Shown piece after piece: positions 16,822 through 24,330 of a stretch of DNA of 32,837 bases; positions within the stretch are counted from its first letter, which is position 1, and every line of letters starts with the position of its first letter. The translations under genes were made by a program, and so were the position numbers. Source of the stretch: Planctomycetota bacterium (lineage in GTDB: Bacteria > Planctomycetota > UBA1135). The notes beneath the pieces are model-generated. The model did no database searches and was not told the DNA's origin. It saw only the letters and a list, made by a program, of their open reading frames with translations. The stretch is taken from contig JALUUN010000461.1 in NCBI GenBank assembly GCA_027021325.1, forward strand, positions 1 to 32,837, given 5' to 3'.

Positions 16822-19335
16822 CTAACCGCCCTCGCCGGATGCGTCGATCCAGACCGGCGAGGTCCAGGCCACCTCCCCGTCCAGGCGCACCAGACGCAGG
16901 TAGAGCCAGTCGCCGGCCCGCCAGGGATCGTCGGCGGGCGGCCGGTAGCGGAGCTCCCCACGCTCGAGGCCCAGGGCCGGCGGGTCCAGGCGCAGCTCCA
17001 CCGTCAGGTACTTCAAGAGGAAGCGCGCCGGCTCCCGGCGCAGCGCGGCGGGCTCCACCTCCCGGGATTCGCCCCGGCTCGTCACCCGCAGCCGCGCCCC
17101 CTCCGGCAGCCGCGCCGGGATCACCAGACCGTCCTGGTCGCGGGAGCCGAGCTCCGTGTGGAAGGCGACACGCTCTGCCTCCGCCAGGCGCAGGTGGTCG
17201 CCGTCCTCGAAGGCGAAGGGCAGGGGCTCGCCGAGGATCCCGTCCGTCACCTCGAGGCGGAGGTTCCGGGAGCGCCGCGCCTCCCCTACCCGCACCATGA
17301 GGAGCTCGGGATCCGAGGGCGGCCCGGCGTCCACCTGAACCACCCGGCCGTTGCGGATCCAGACCACGCGCGCCAGGGGGGCGCCGGCGTCGAAGCGGAG
17401 CACCGCCGCGGCGTTTCCCGGGACCGAGCCGCGCTGTCCTGGAAGGAGCGCCCCCAGACGCAGATCCAGGGCCATGGGCGCACTCGCGGCATAGGTCCGG
17501 CGCGCGCGCAGGGCTTCGAGGACCCCCTCCCGGCTGCGCTCGCGCACGAGGGCGGCGGTGAAGGCCCGGCCGTTGGCCACGTGGTCCGAGGCGGCGACGA
17601 AGCCGAAGCGCCGGCCCTCGCGCAGCCAGTCGAGGGCATGGGGCGCGGCGGGATCGGCCTGGAAGCTGTGCAGGGGCGCGCCGGGCGCTTCGAAAGAACC
17701 ACGGTTGCCCTGGTACAGCTCGACGACGGGGTGCGGCACCGCAGCCTCCGGCGGCCAGCGGTAGAGCGAACCGGCGTGGGCCAGCTGATGGGGAATGGCC
17801 ATCCAGTCCTCGCCGTCGAAGGCACGCAGGGGGTCCTCTGGCGGCCCCAGGGCGAAGGGAGCGTCCCGGGCCGCCTCGGGATCGGCGCTGAAGAGGTTGC
17901 GGTGGCCGAGGCTGGGGTGGGTCTGCTCGAAGGCCGGCAGGGCCAGGCGGCGGCCCGGCCGGTGGAAGCGCCCGAGGGCACGCATCTCCGCCGCCCAGGC
18001 GGCACGATTCAGGTGCTGGTAGTGGTCGGTGATGGCCACGAAGTCCAGGCCGGCCAGATCCCAGGCGTAGCGGTACTGGTCCGAAAGGGTGCCGTCACGG
18101 CTGGCGGCGCAACGCGAGAGGTCCGTGTGGCGGTGGAGGTCGCCCCACAGCCGCACATGGCCCGGCGGCACCAGAGCGGGGTCGGGATCCCGCGCCGGCG
18201 GCGGCAGGAGCGCCGGTCGGGGCGGCGCCGCCTCGGGCTCCGGCGGCTGCGCCGGCCCCGGCGCCTCCAGCTCGAGACGGAAGAGGAGGACCCGCGGCCG
18301 CTTCAGGACGCAGGTCTCCCAGGGCAGCATCTCCTGGACCCGCTCGCCGCGGCCGTCGGTGCTCCAGGCCGCCAGGACCTCTCCACCCGGCCGCGGCAGG
18401 AGGGCGACGGTGGCGACGCCGCCGCCGCTCGAGTCCGGCAGGGCCTGGGGCCGGGTCCAGCCCTCCGCGGTCAGGACCCGGAGCCGTCCGGTCCAGCCCG
18501 TAAGCGGCAGCTGGCTCCGGACCCGCCAGGCCAGATCCTCCCAGAAGAGGCGGGTGAAGAGCCACAGGCGCCCGCGGGCGTCCACGCCGAGCCGCGGCCG
18601 CTCCTCGAAGCCCGCCGCCTCGGGCAGGGCCGGCTCCGGAGCCTGCACGCGGACCCAGGGGCCGCCCTCGGGAGCGCGGGTGGCCAGGGCCAGGCGGCGC
18701 TCGCGGTGCAGTTCGTTGCGCCGTCCCCAGTCCTCCGGCGCCTCGTCCCAGGCCAGCCAGAGCCGCCCGTCGGGGGCGGCGGCCAGGCTCGGGTGGAAGG
18801 CGTGAACGGCCCCCCGCGGCAGGACCGTCTCCCGGCCGGCCGGGTCGCGGTGCACCACGGCGTAGCGGCCGTCCGCCTCGAGACGGTCGAAGGCGAGGTG
18901 CAGGCCGCCATCCGGGCCGCGGGCCCAGGACGGAGACCAGCCCAGGGGCTCCTCGGTGGAGTCCTGCAGGAGCCAGGACTCCCCGCACTCCGGCGCATCC
19001 CAGGTCTCACCCGGAGGGGGCATGCGGCCCGGGCGGGCGGCGGCTCCGGCGAGCACGGCGGGAACATCCTCCGGCGGCGGCCCCGCCTCCTGGGCCAGGG
19101 GTTCGGAGCCGAGGGGCAGGGCGCGCAGGGCCTCGCCCTGGCGCACGAGGAGCCAGGTCTGAGGACCGCCCTCCGGGGACGGGCGCTCCAGGAAGGCGGG
19201 GGCGTCCACGCCCTCGGGTGCCTCGAGAAGGGCCAGACGCCGGGCCTGGACCCGGGGTCCGGGCGCGGACCAGGCGCCCAGGACCAGAGCGGCGGCCGCC
19301 GCCAGGAAGGGTGCGGCCCTCAGAGGGCGAGGCAT
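16822..19335 (-). CDS. Large secreted protein with a central PHP-type (CehA/McbA- or DUF3604-like) metallo-phosphoesterase domain
   Basis: ORF 16822..19779 trimmed to the ATG at 19333-19335 (MPRPLRAAPFLAAAAALVLGAWS, a signal peptide). 837 aa. The central motifs are LWGDLHRHTDLS, DFVAITDHYQH and FGFVAASDHV. The N-terminal ~400 aa carry repeated DGRLWLAWD, ARGRLWLFTR and VLAAWSTDGRG strands, which suggest a beta-propeller; that is inference. Confidence 0.6.
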   Translation of the reverse strand: MPRPLRAAPFLAAAAALVLGAWSAPGPRVQARRLALLEAPEGVDAPAFLERPSPEGGPQTWLLVRQGEALRALPLGSEPLAQEAGPPPEDVPAVLAGAAARPGRMPPPGETWDAPECGESWLLQDSTEEPLGWSPSWARGPDGGLHLAFDRLEADGRYAVVHRDPAGRETVLPRGAVHAFHPSLAAAPDGRLWLAWDEAPEDWGRRNELHRERRLALATRAPEGGPWVRVQAPEPALPEAAGFEERPRLGVDARGRLWLFTRLFWEDLAWRVRSQLPLTGWTGRLRVLTAEGWTRPQALPDSSGGGVATVALLPRPGGEVLAAWSTDGRGERVQEMLPWETCVLKRPRVLLFRLELEAPGPAQPPEPEAAPPRPALLPPPARDPDPALVPPGHVRLWGDLHRHTDLSRCAASRDGTLSDQYRYAWDLAGLDFVAITDHYQHLNRAAWAAEMRALGRFHRPGRRLALPAFEQTHPSLGHRNLFSADPEAARDAPFALGPPEDPLRAFDGEDWMAIPHQLAHAGSLYRWPPEAAVPHPVVELYQGNRGSFEAPGAPLHSFQADPAAPHALDWLREGRRFGFVAASDHVANGRAFTAALVRERSREGVLEALRARRTYAASAPMALDLRLGALLPGQRGSVPGNAAAVLRFDAGAPLARVVWIRNGRVVQVDAGPPSDPELLMVRVGEARRSRNLRLEVTDGILGEPLPFAFEDGDHLRLAEAERVAFHTELGSRDQDGLVIPARLPEGARLRVTSRGESREVEPAALRREPARFLLKYLTVELRLDPPALGLERGELRYRPPADDPWRAGDWLYLRLVRLDGEVAWTSPVWIDASGEGG

Positions 19336-20600
19336 CCGTCCTCCACGGCGACCCGCCCGCCCAGCACCACATGGCGCACGGGATTCTCCCCGAAGGCGTA
19401 ACCCAGGCCCTCGACCCGGGGGAGATCCAGGACCACGAGGTCGGCGTCGGCCCCCGGCCGCAACACCCCCTTCCGCCCCTCCCAGCCGAGGCTCGCCGCC
19501 GCCAGGCAGGTCGCCCCGGCCAGGGCCTCGCGCACGCTCAGGCCCAGGCGCAGGCGCGCGAAGTGGATGGCTTCCGGAAGGCTCGGGGTGTAGCAGGAGC
19601 CCGGGTTGAAGTCCGTCGCCACGAACCAGCGCGCGCCGGCATCGAGGAGAAGGCGGGCGGGGGCGTCGGCCTCCTGGCGCAGGAAGTGGGGCACCGCCGG
19701 CAGGAGACCGGCAAAGGTCGGAGAGGCGGCCAGGAGTCCGGCGTCCTCCTCGCTCAGGGCCTCCAGGTGGTCGGCGCAATCGGCCCCGAGCTCGACGGCC
19801 AGACGCGCACCGCCGAGGGGAGCGAACTGCTCGGCGTGTACCCGCAGCCGCAGGCCCAGTTCGCGGGCGCGCTCCAGGTAGCGGCGCCCGCGCCCCAGGT
19901 CGAAGGCATGCTCCTCCAGGAAGACGTCCGCCGAGCGGGCCAGGCCATCCTCCGCCGCCGCCGGCAGGCCCTCCTCGCAGAGGAGGTCCAGGTAGCGGTC
20001 GGGGTGATCGCGGTGCTCGGCCGGCACGAGGTGGGCGCCGAGGAAGGTCGGCGAGACCTCCATGCCCAGCTCCGCGGCCGCCGCCCGGAGGATCCGCAGC
20101 GAACGCAGTTCGTCCCGCACCGTGAGGCCGTAGCCCGACTTCGCCTCACAGGAGGTCGTGCCGTGGCGCAGCATGCGGAGGAGGTGGCGGCGGACCTCGC
20201 CGTGGAGCTCCTCGTCGGAAGCGCGGCGCAGACGCTCGACGCTGGCGAGGATGCCGCCCCCGCGGCGGGCGATCTCCAGGTAGTCCAGGCCCTGGCAGCG
20301 CCACTCGAACTCCTCGCTCCGGTCGCCGCAGAAGACCGGATGGGTGTGGGCGTCCACGAAGCCGGGGACGACGAAGCCGCCCCGGGCGTCGAGGCGGCGG
20401 CGGGGCGCCCAGCGCCGGGCCAGCTCCTCTTCGGGCCCCAGGGCCTGGATCCGTCCCTCCGCCACCGCCACCGCGGTGCCGGCAGGGAGTTCGCTCAGCT
20501 TCGGGATCTCCGCGGCCCGGGGGAGGCCCCCCGGACCCGGATCCTGGGTCAGGACGGCGCCCGCGCCGGTGAGGAGGAGGTCGCAGGGGGCGGGGAACAC
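19320..20600 (-). CDS. hutI: Imidazolonepropionase-like amidohydrolase
   Basis: 426 aa, GTG start at 20598-20600. The motifs are GFVDAHTHPVF, CEAKSGYGL, DVFLEE, HAEQF, CADHLE and VATDFNPGS, which match the HutI pattern as I recall it. The 3' end overlaps the next gene by 16 nt. Confidence 0.75.
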   Translation of the reverse strand: MFPAPCDLLLTGAGAVLTQDPGPGGLPRAAEIPKLSELPAGTAVAVAEGRIQALGPEEELARRWAPRRRLDARGGFVVPGFVDAHTHPVFCGDRSEEFEWRCQGLDYLEIARRGGGILASVERLRRASDEELHGEVRRHLLRMLRHGTTSCEAKSGYGLTVRDELRSLRILRAAAAELGMEVSPTFLGAHLVPAEHRDHPDRYLDLLCEEGLPAAAEDGLARSADVFLEEHAFDLGRGRRYLERARELGLRLRVHAEQFAPLGGARLAVELGADCADHLEALSEEDAGLLAASPTFAGLLPAVPHFLRQEADAPARLLLDAGARWFVATDFNPGSCYTPSLPEAIHFARLRLGLSVREALAGATCLAAASLGWEGRKGVLRPGADADLVVLDLPRVEGLGYAFGENPVRHVVLGGRVAVEDGCLAL

Positions 20601-20622
20601 GGATTCTGGGGGCGGAGAGGAG

Positions 20623-20642
20623 CGGATTCCTCCAGGAATCCG
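20623..20642. promoter_or_regulatory. Perfect 9-2-9 palindrome (candidate operator) in the hutI/corC divergent region
   Basis: cggattcct (20623-20631), cc, aggaatccg (20634-20642). A third half-site, cggattc, lies at 20600-20606, 23 bp upstream and overlapping the hutI GTG. Confidence 0.4.
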
Positions 20643-20658
20643 GGCATCCCGTCCGTTC

Positions 20659-20664
20659 TATAAT
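20659..20664 (+). promoter_or_regulatory. Consensus -10 hexamer TATAAT, candidate promoter for the plus-strand operon
   Basis: An exact TATAAT is conspicuous in this GC-rich DNA. It lies 17 bp downstream of the palindrome and ~88 nt upstream of the proposed corC start. The hexamer at -35 spacing (gaatcc) is poor. Confidence 0.35.
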
Positions 20665-20751
20665 CGTCCTGTTCCCTGGCCGGGGCCACCCCCCGGACCC
20701 GGAACCCGGGCGACGCCCGGCCCCCAGGCCTCCTTCCGAGGCCCGCCCGCC

Positions 20752-22104
20752 TTGAGCGAACCAGCGACTCCCATCCTGGCTGCGGCCGGCTTGTTCCGGC
20801 CCCCACCGGCAGCCCTGGCTCTCCCCTTCGCCGGGGAGCCCGCCGACTTCGGCCTGCCCCTCCTCCTGGTCGTCCTCGCGGCCCTGGCCGGAGGTCTGCG
20901 CGCCCTCCTGGCCTCGCCCGTGCGCCGGAGCCTCCTGGAAGCCCTGCCCGCGGCCCGCCGCCAGGAGCTCGAGGAGTCCTGGACGCGCCGCCCTGGCCTG
21001 GCAGCGACCGCAGGGCTGCTCCGGGCCCTCCTTCTCTTCGCCGCCGTCGTGGTGCTCGTGGAATCCCTCCCGGGCGACGCCAGCCTGGCGGCGGATCTGG
21101 TGAGCTGGGGCGCCTTCGGCCTCGTTGCCGCCTTCCTCGTGGAGGGGATCCCGACCCTGGTCCAGCAGGGACGGGGCCTGGGCCTGGTCCTCCTCCTCCA
21201 CCCCCTGGTCCGGGTGCTGGAGCCGCCGCTCAGGCCCCTCACCCGCCTCCTCGCCGCCCTGGTCCGCGGCCTCGGCGGCGCTCCCCTGGGCGCCGGGCCG
21301 GGCCGCCTGGCCGCCGACCTGATCGAGGTCGCGGCCGAACTGCTGAAGGACGAGGGCCGCCCCGACCGGCTCACCCCGGTCGAGAAGCGCATGATCGCCC
21401 GCATCCTGCGCATGGGCTCGGTGGACGCCGCCGCGGTGATGACACCGCGCACCCGGATCACCGCGGTGCCGGCCGAGGCCACGGTCGCCGAGGCCCTGCG
21501 CCTGGCCCACCAGGAAGGGCACAGCCGCCTGCCGGTCTTCGAGGAGGACATCGACCACCTGATCGGCGTCTTCCACGTCAAGGACGCCCTGGAGCACGCC
21601 GCCGCGGGCAACGGCGCCTCTTCCAGGGTGCGGGAGTTCCTCCGGCCCGTCCTCTACACCCCCGAGACGACCCTCCTCTTCCCCCTGCTCGAGAACATGC
21701 GCCGCGAACGGACCCACCTGAGCGTGGTCGTGGACGAGTACGGGGTCACCGCCGGCGTCGTCACCATCGAGGACATCGTCGAGGAGATCGTCGGCGAGAT
21801 CAGCGACGAACACGATCTGCAGGACGAGGATCTGGTCCTGGACCGCCCCGGCCCCGACGAGATCCTCGTGGACGCCCGCATGTCGGTCGCCGATCTGAAC
21901 CGGACCTTCGGCGGTGAGCTGCCCGAGGACGAGGACTTCGACACCGTGGGCGGCCTCCTCTGCGAACGCTGCGGTGCCATTCCCGAACCCGGCGAGCGCG
22001 TCCAGGTGGACGGCCTGGTCCTGGAGGTCGAGGAAGCCGACGACCGCCGGGTGCGCCGGGTTCGCATCCACCGCCTGCCGCCCGAGGCCTCCGATGCCGC
22101 CTGA
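20752..22104 (+). CDS. HlyC/CorC family transporter (DUF21/CNNM membrane domain, CBS pair, CorC_HlyC domain)
   Basis: This is the C-terminal ~450 codons of ORF 20344..22104. The motifs are VMTPRTRI, SRLPVFEEDIDHLIGVFHVKD, THLSVVVDEYGVTAGVVTIEDIVEEIVGEI and DTVGGLL. There is no in-frame ATG downstream of hutI. The TTG at 20752 (or at 20791) is the proposed start, so the 5' end is uncertain. Confidence 0.7.
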   Translation: MSEPATPILAAAGLFRPPPAALALPFAGEPADFGLPLLLVVLAALAGGLRALLASPVRRSLLEALPAARRQELEESWTRRPGLAATAGLLRALLLFAAVVVLVESLPGDASLAADLVSWGAFGLVAAFLVEGIPTLVQQGRGLGLVLLLHPLVRVLEPPLRPLTRLLAALVRGLGGAPLGAGPGRLAADLIEVAAELLKDEGRPDRLTPVEKRMIARILRMGSVDAAAVMTPRTRITAVPAEATVAEALRLAHQEGHSRLPVFEEDIDHLIGVFHVKDALEHAAAGNGASSRVREFLRPVLYTPETTLLFPLLENMRRERTHLSVVVDEYGVTAGVVTIEDIVEEIVGEISDEHDLQDEDLVLDRPGPDEILVDARMSVADLNRTFGGELPEDEDFDTVGGLLCERCGAIPEPGERVQVDGLVLEVEEADDRRVRRVRIHRLPPEASDAA

Positions 22105-22876
22105 GCGGCCGGCCCGCTCCGGCCCGGCCATCGTCCTGCGCCGCTGGCCCTGGTCCGAGAGCAGCCTGCTCTTGTGGGTCCTGACCCGGGACCAGGGCGT
22201 CCTGCCCCTGCGGGCGCGAGGCTGCCATCGCCTGAAGAGCGGGCAGCTGGGCAACCTCGACACCTGGGCCCTGGTGGAGATCGCCTGGAAGCCGGCACGG
22301 CAGAAGGGCCATGCCGACCGGGTCCACGAACTCCGGCGCTCGCGCCTGCTCCGTCGCTGGTCCGGACTCTCCCGGAGCCCGCGCCACCTCGCCGCCGCCG
22401 GCATCCTCGCCGAACTCGCGGAACTGGCCGCTCCCGAGGGCACGCCCTCGGGCCCGGTGTTCCGCTGGTTGACCCGCGCCTTCCAGGAACTGCACGACGC
22501 TCCCGCCGCGGAGCGCATCCTCCTGCGCCGCCTCCTCGAGGGACTCGAGCTCCTGGGCATCGCCCCGGACCTCGCCGGGCTGCCGGCCGGCGAGGCCGCG
22601 GTCCTGGCCCTGGCCCGGGGCCGGATCCTTGCCGCCGGACAGGCCCGTCCCGAGGACCATCCCCGGCGTCTGAGCCCGGCATCCCTGGAGCTCCTTCGAA
22701 GTCTCAAGGCCCTGCCACCGGACCGCCCGACGCCCCTGGGAAGCCGAAGGGAGCGCCCGGAGGAGGAACTCCTTACAATCCTGGGCGATTTCCTGGCCTG
22801 GCACCTGGAACGGCCGCCCCGGGCCTGGCGTTACCTGAAGGGCGCGGGCCGGCGGCCCTCGATTCCGACATCCTGA
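22094..22876 (+). CDS. recO: DNA repair protein RecO
   Basis: ORF 21914..22876 trimmed to the ATG at 22094, which overlaps the corC stop by 11 nt. 260 aa. AIVLRRWPWSESSLLLWVLTRDQGVLPLRARG resembles the RecO N-terminal OB fold. The size and the corC-recO neighbourhood are typical. Confidence 0.65.
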   Translation: MPPERPARSGPAIVLRRWPWSESSLLLWVLTRDQGVLPLRARGCHRLKSGQLGNLDTWALVEIAWKPARQKGHADRVHELRRSRLLRRWSGLSRSPRHLAAAGILAELAELAAPEGTPSGPVFRWLTRAFQELHDAPAAERILLRRLLEGLELLGIAPDLAGLPAGEAAVLALARGRILAAGQARPEDHPRRLSPASLELLRSLKALPPDRPTPLGSRRERPEEELLTILGDFLAWHLERPPRAWRYLKGAGRRPSIPTS

Positions 22877-22878
22877 CC

Positions 22879-23826
22879 TTGTCCCCCTCGACCGGCTCTC
22901 CGTCTCCGGTTCCTCTCCGGACCCTCCCCTCGGCGCTCCTGCTGGCCCTGGGCGCGGCCTGTGCCTCGCCGCCCGAGGAACCCTACGGTCTCGCGGACCT
23001 GGAGCCGGTCCGCTCCCTGGTCGCCGAAGGCCGCTACGACGAGGCCTGGGACATCCTGGAGAGCCAGGAGCGGGAGTACTACGACCGCGACGCCCAGGCC
23101 GAGTTCAGCCGTCTGGCGGGCGAGGTCGCCTGGCAGCTCGGCGACAAGGACCGGGCGATCCGCCATTACGAGGAGTACATCTTCTACGAGGCTCCCGACG
23201 CCGAGGCCGCCCGTCTCGCCGAGGAGCGGCTCTTCGAGCTGGGCCTCGAGCTCCTGGAAGGCCGGCGCAAGGCCTTCGGGATCTTCCCCGACCGCACCCG
23301 CGGCGCCACCACCCTCCTCCACCTGGCCAGCTGGGCGCCCTTGAGCGATCTCGCCGACGACGCCCTGGCCCGAGTCGGGGAGTGGCACTTCCAGGACCGG
23401 CAGTTCCGTGACGCCATCGAGGACTACCGTCTTCTCCTGCGCTTCCACCCGGACTCCGAGTGGGCCGACCTCGCGGAGTTCCGGATCGGTCACTGCCAGT
23501 TCCTGATGATCGACGGCCCCTGGGTGGATGGCCGCCTCATCGACGGGAGCCTGCGCCAGATCCAGGAGTACCTGCGCAAGTATCCCTCGGGCCTGTACCG
23601 CGATCAGGCCGAGGAACTGGTCCAGACCCTGGAGGAACTCAGCGCCGGCCACCACCTGGTCGTCGGCGAGTACTACGAGGACATCGGCAACCTGCGCGGC
23701 GCCCGCTACCGCTACCGCAAGGCCTCCGAGGAACACGCCGAGACCGAGGCTGCCGCCGAGGCGCGGCGCCGGCTGGCAGCCCTGCCGCCGCCCGAGGAAC
23801 CGGAGACCGGCGGCGCAGAAGGATGA
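22879..23826 (+). CDS. BamD-like TPR lipoprotein (outer membrane protein assembly factor)
   Basis: This is the C-terminal part of ORF 22174..23826. The proposed TTG start at 22879 gives a signal with LLLALGAAC (lipobox-like). TPR-like repeats match BamD/YfiO architecture: ...YRLLLRFHPDSEWADLAEFRIGHC..., EYLRKYPSGLYRDQAEE and VGEYYEDIGNLRGARYRY. The start is uncertain. Confidence 0.55.
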   Translation: MSPSTGSPSPVPLRTLPSALLLALGAACASPPEEPYGLADLEPVRSLVAEGRYDEAWDILESQEREYYDRDAQAEFSRLAGEVAWQLGDKDRAIRHYEEYIFYEAPDAEAARLAEERLFELGLELLEGRRKAFGIFPDRTRGATTLLHLASWAPLSDLADDALARVGEWHFQDRQFRDAIEDYRLLLRFHPDSEWADLAEFRIGHCQFLMIDGPWVDGRLIDGSLRQIQEYLRKYPSGLYRDQAEELVQTLEELSAGHHLVVGEYYEDIGNLRGARYRYRKASEEHAETEAAAEARRRLAALPPPEEPETGGAEG

Positions 23827-24329
23827 AGGCCGCCCTCGCCGCCCTTCTGCTCCTGGCCCCGGCCTGCGGCTACCGGGTCCTCGATCCCGAAGTGGGCCGG
23901 GGTCGCCGCGTCGCCGTGCCGACCGCCGACAACGCCACCCGCTGGCGCGGCCTGGAGGCCGATCTCACCGCCGGCCTGCGCAGCGACCTGCAGCGCCTTC
24001 TGGAGGTCCGCCTGAGCGACGGCGGGGACGCCGACCTCCTGCTGCACACCGAGATCCGCGAGATCACACGCCAGGCTCCGGTCCGCGACATCCAGGGCGG
24101 AGCGGCGGTCGGCGCCACTCGTCTCGTGGTCCTCTGGCGCCTCGAGGACCCCCTGGGCGCGGTCCTCGGCCAGGGCCAGATCCAGAGAAGCCTGGAATTC
24201 CTCCCCGGGGAGGACGAAAACGCCTACACCGCCCTCCGGGAAATGCTCGATGCCATAGCAGAGCATGTCGTAATGGAGGTCAGTGCCCGCCTGTCGGCGG
24301 GCGGCGCCGACGGCGCCTCCGAGACTTGA
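23823..24329 (+). CDS. lptE: LptE-like LPS-assembly lipoprotein
   Basis: 168 aa. MKAALAALLLLAPACGYRV is a lipobox followed by the CG(Y/W)x motif typical of LptE. It is followed by VAVPTADNATRWRGLEADLTAGLRSDL. The ATG overlaps the upstream stop as ATGA (23823-23826). Confidence 0.55.
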   Translation: MKAALAALLLLAPACGYRVLDPEVGRGRRVAVPTADNATRWRGLEADLTAGLRSDLQRLLEVRLSDGGDADLLLHTEIREITRQAPVRDIQGGAAVGATRLVVLWRLEDPLGAVLGQGQIQRSLEFLPGEDENAYTALREMLDAIAEHVVMEVSARLSAGGADGASET

Positions 24330-24330
24330 G

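Noticed and set aside
16387-19401. 1004-aa plus-strand ORF opposite the PHP-domain gene
   Set aside because: It has low-complexity Arg/Gly/Pro/Ala composition and no domain signature. The minus-strand frame has a signal peptide, metal-binding motifs and natural composition.
20671-20751. Possible Mg2+ (M-box) or other riboswitch in the leader of the CorC-family gene
   Set aside because: The leader is only ~80 nt, much shorter than an M-box. I see no characteristic conserved helices, only generic GC-rich palindromes (e.g. ccgggcg-a-cgcccgg at 20706-20720).
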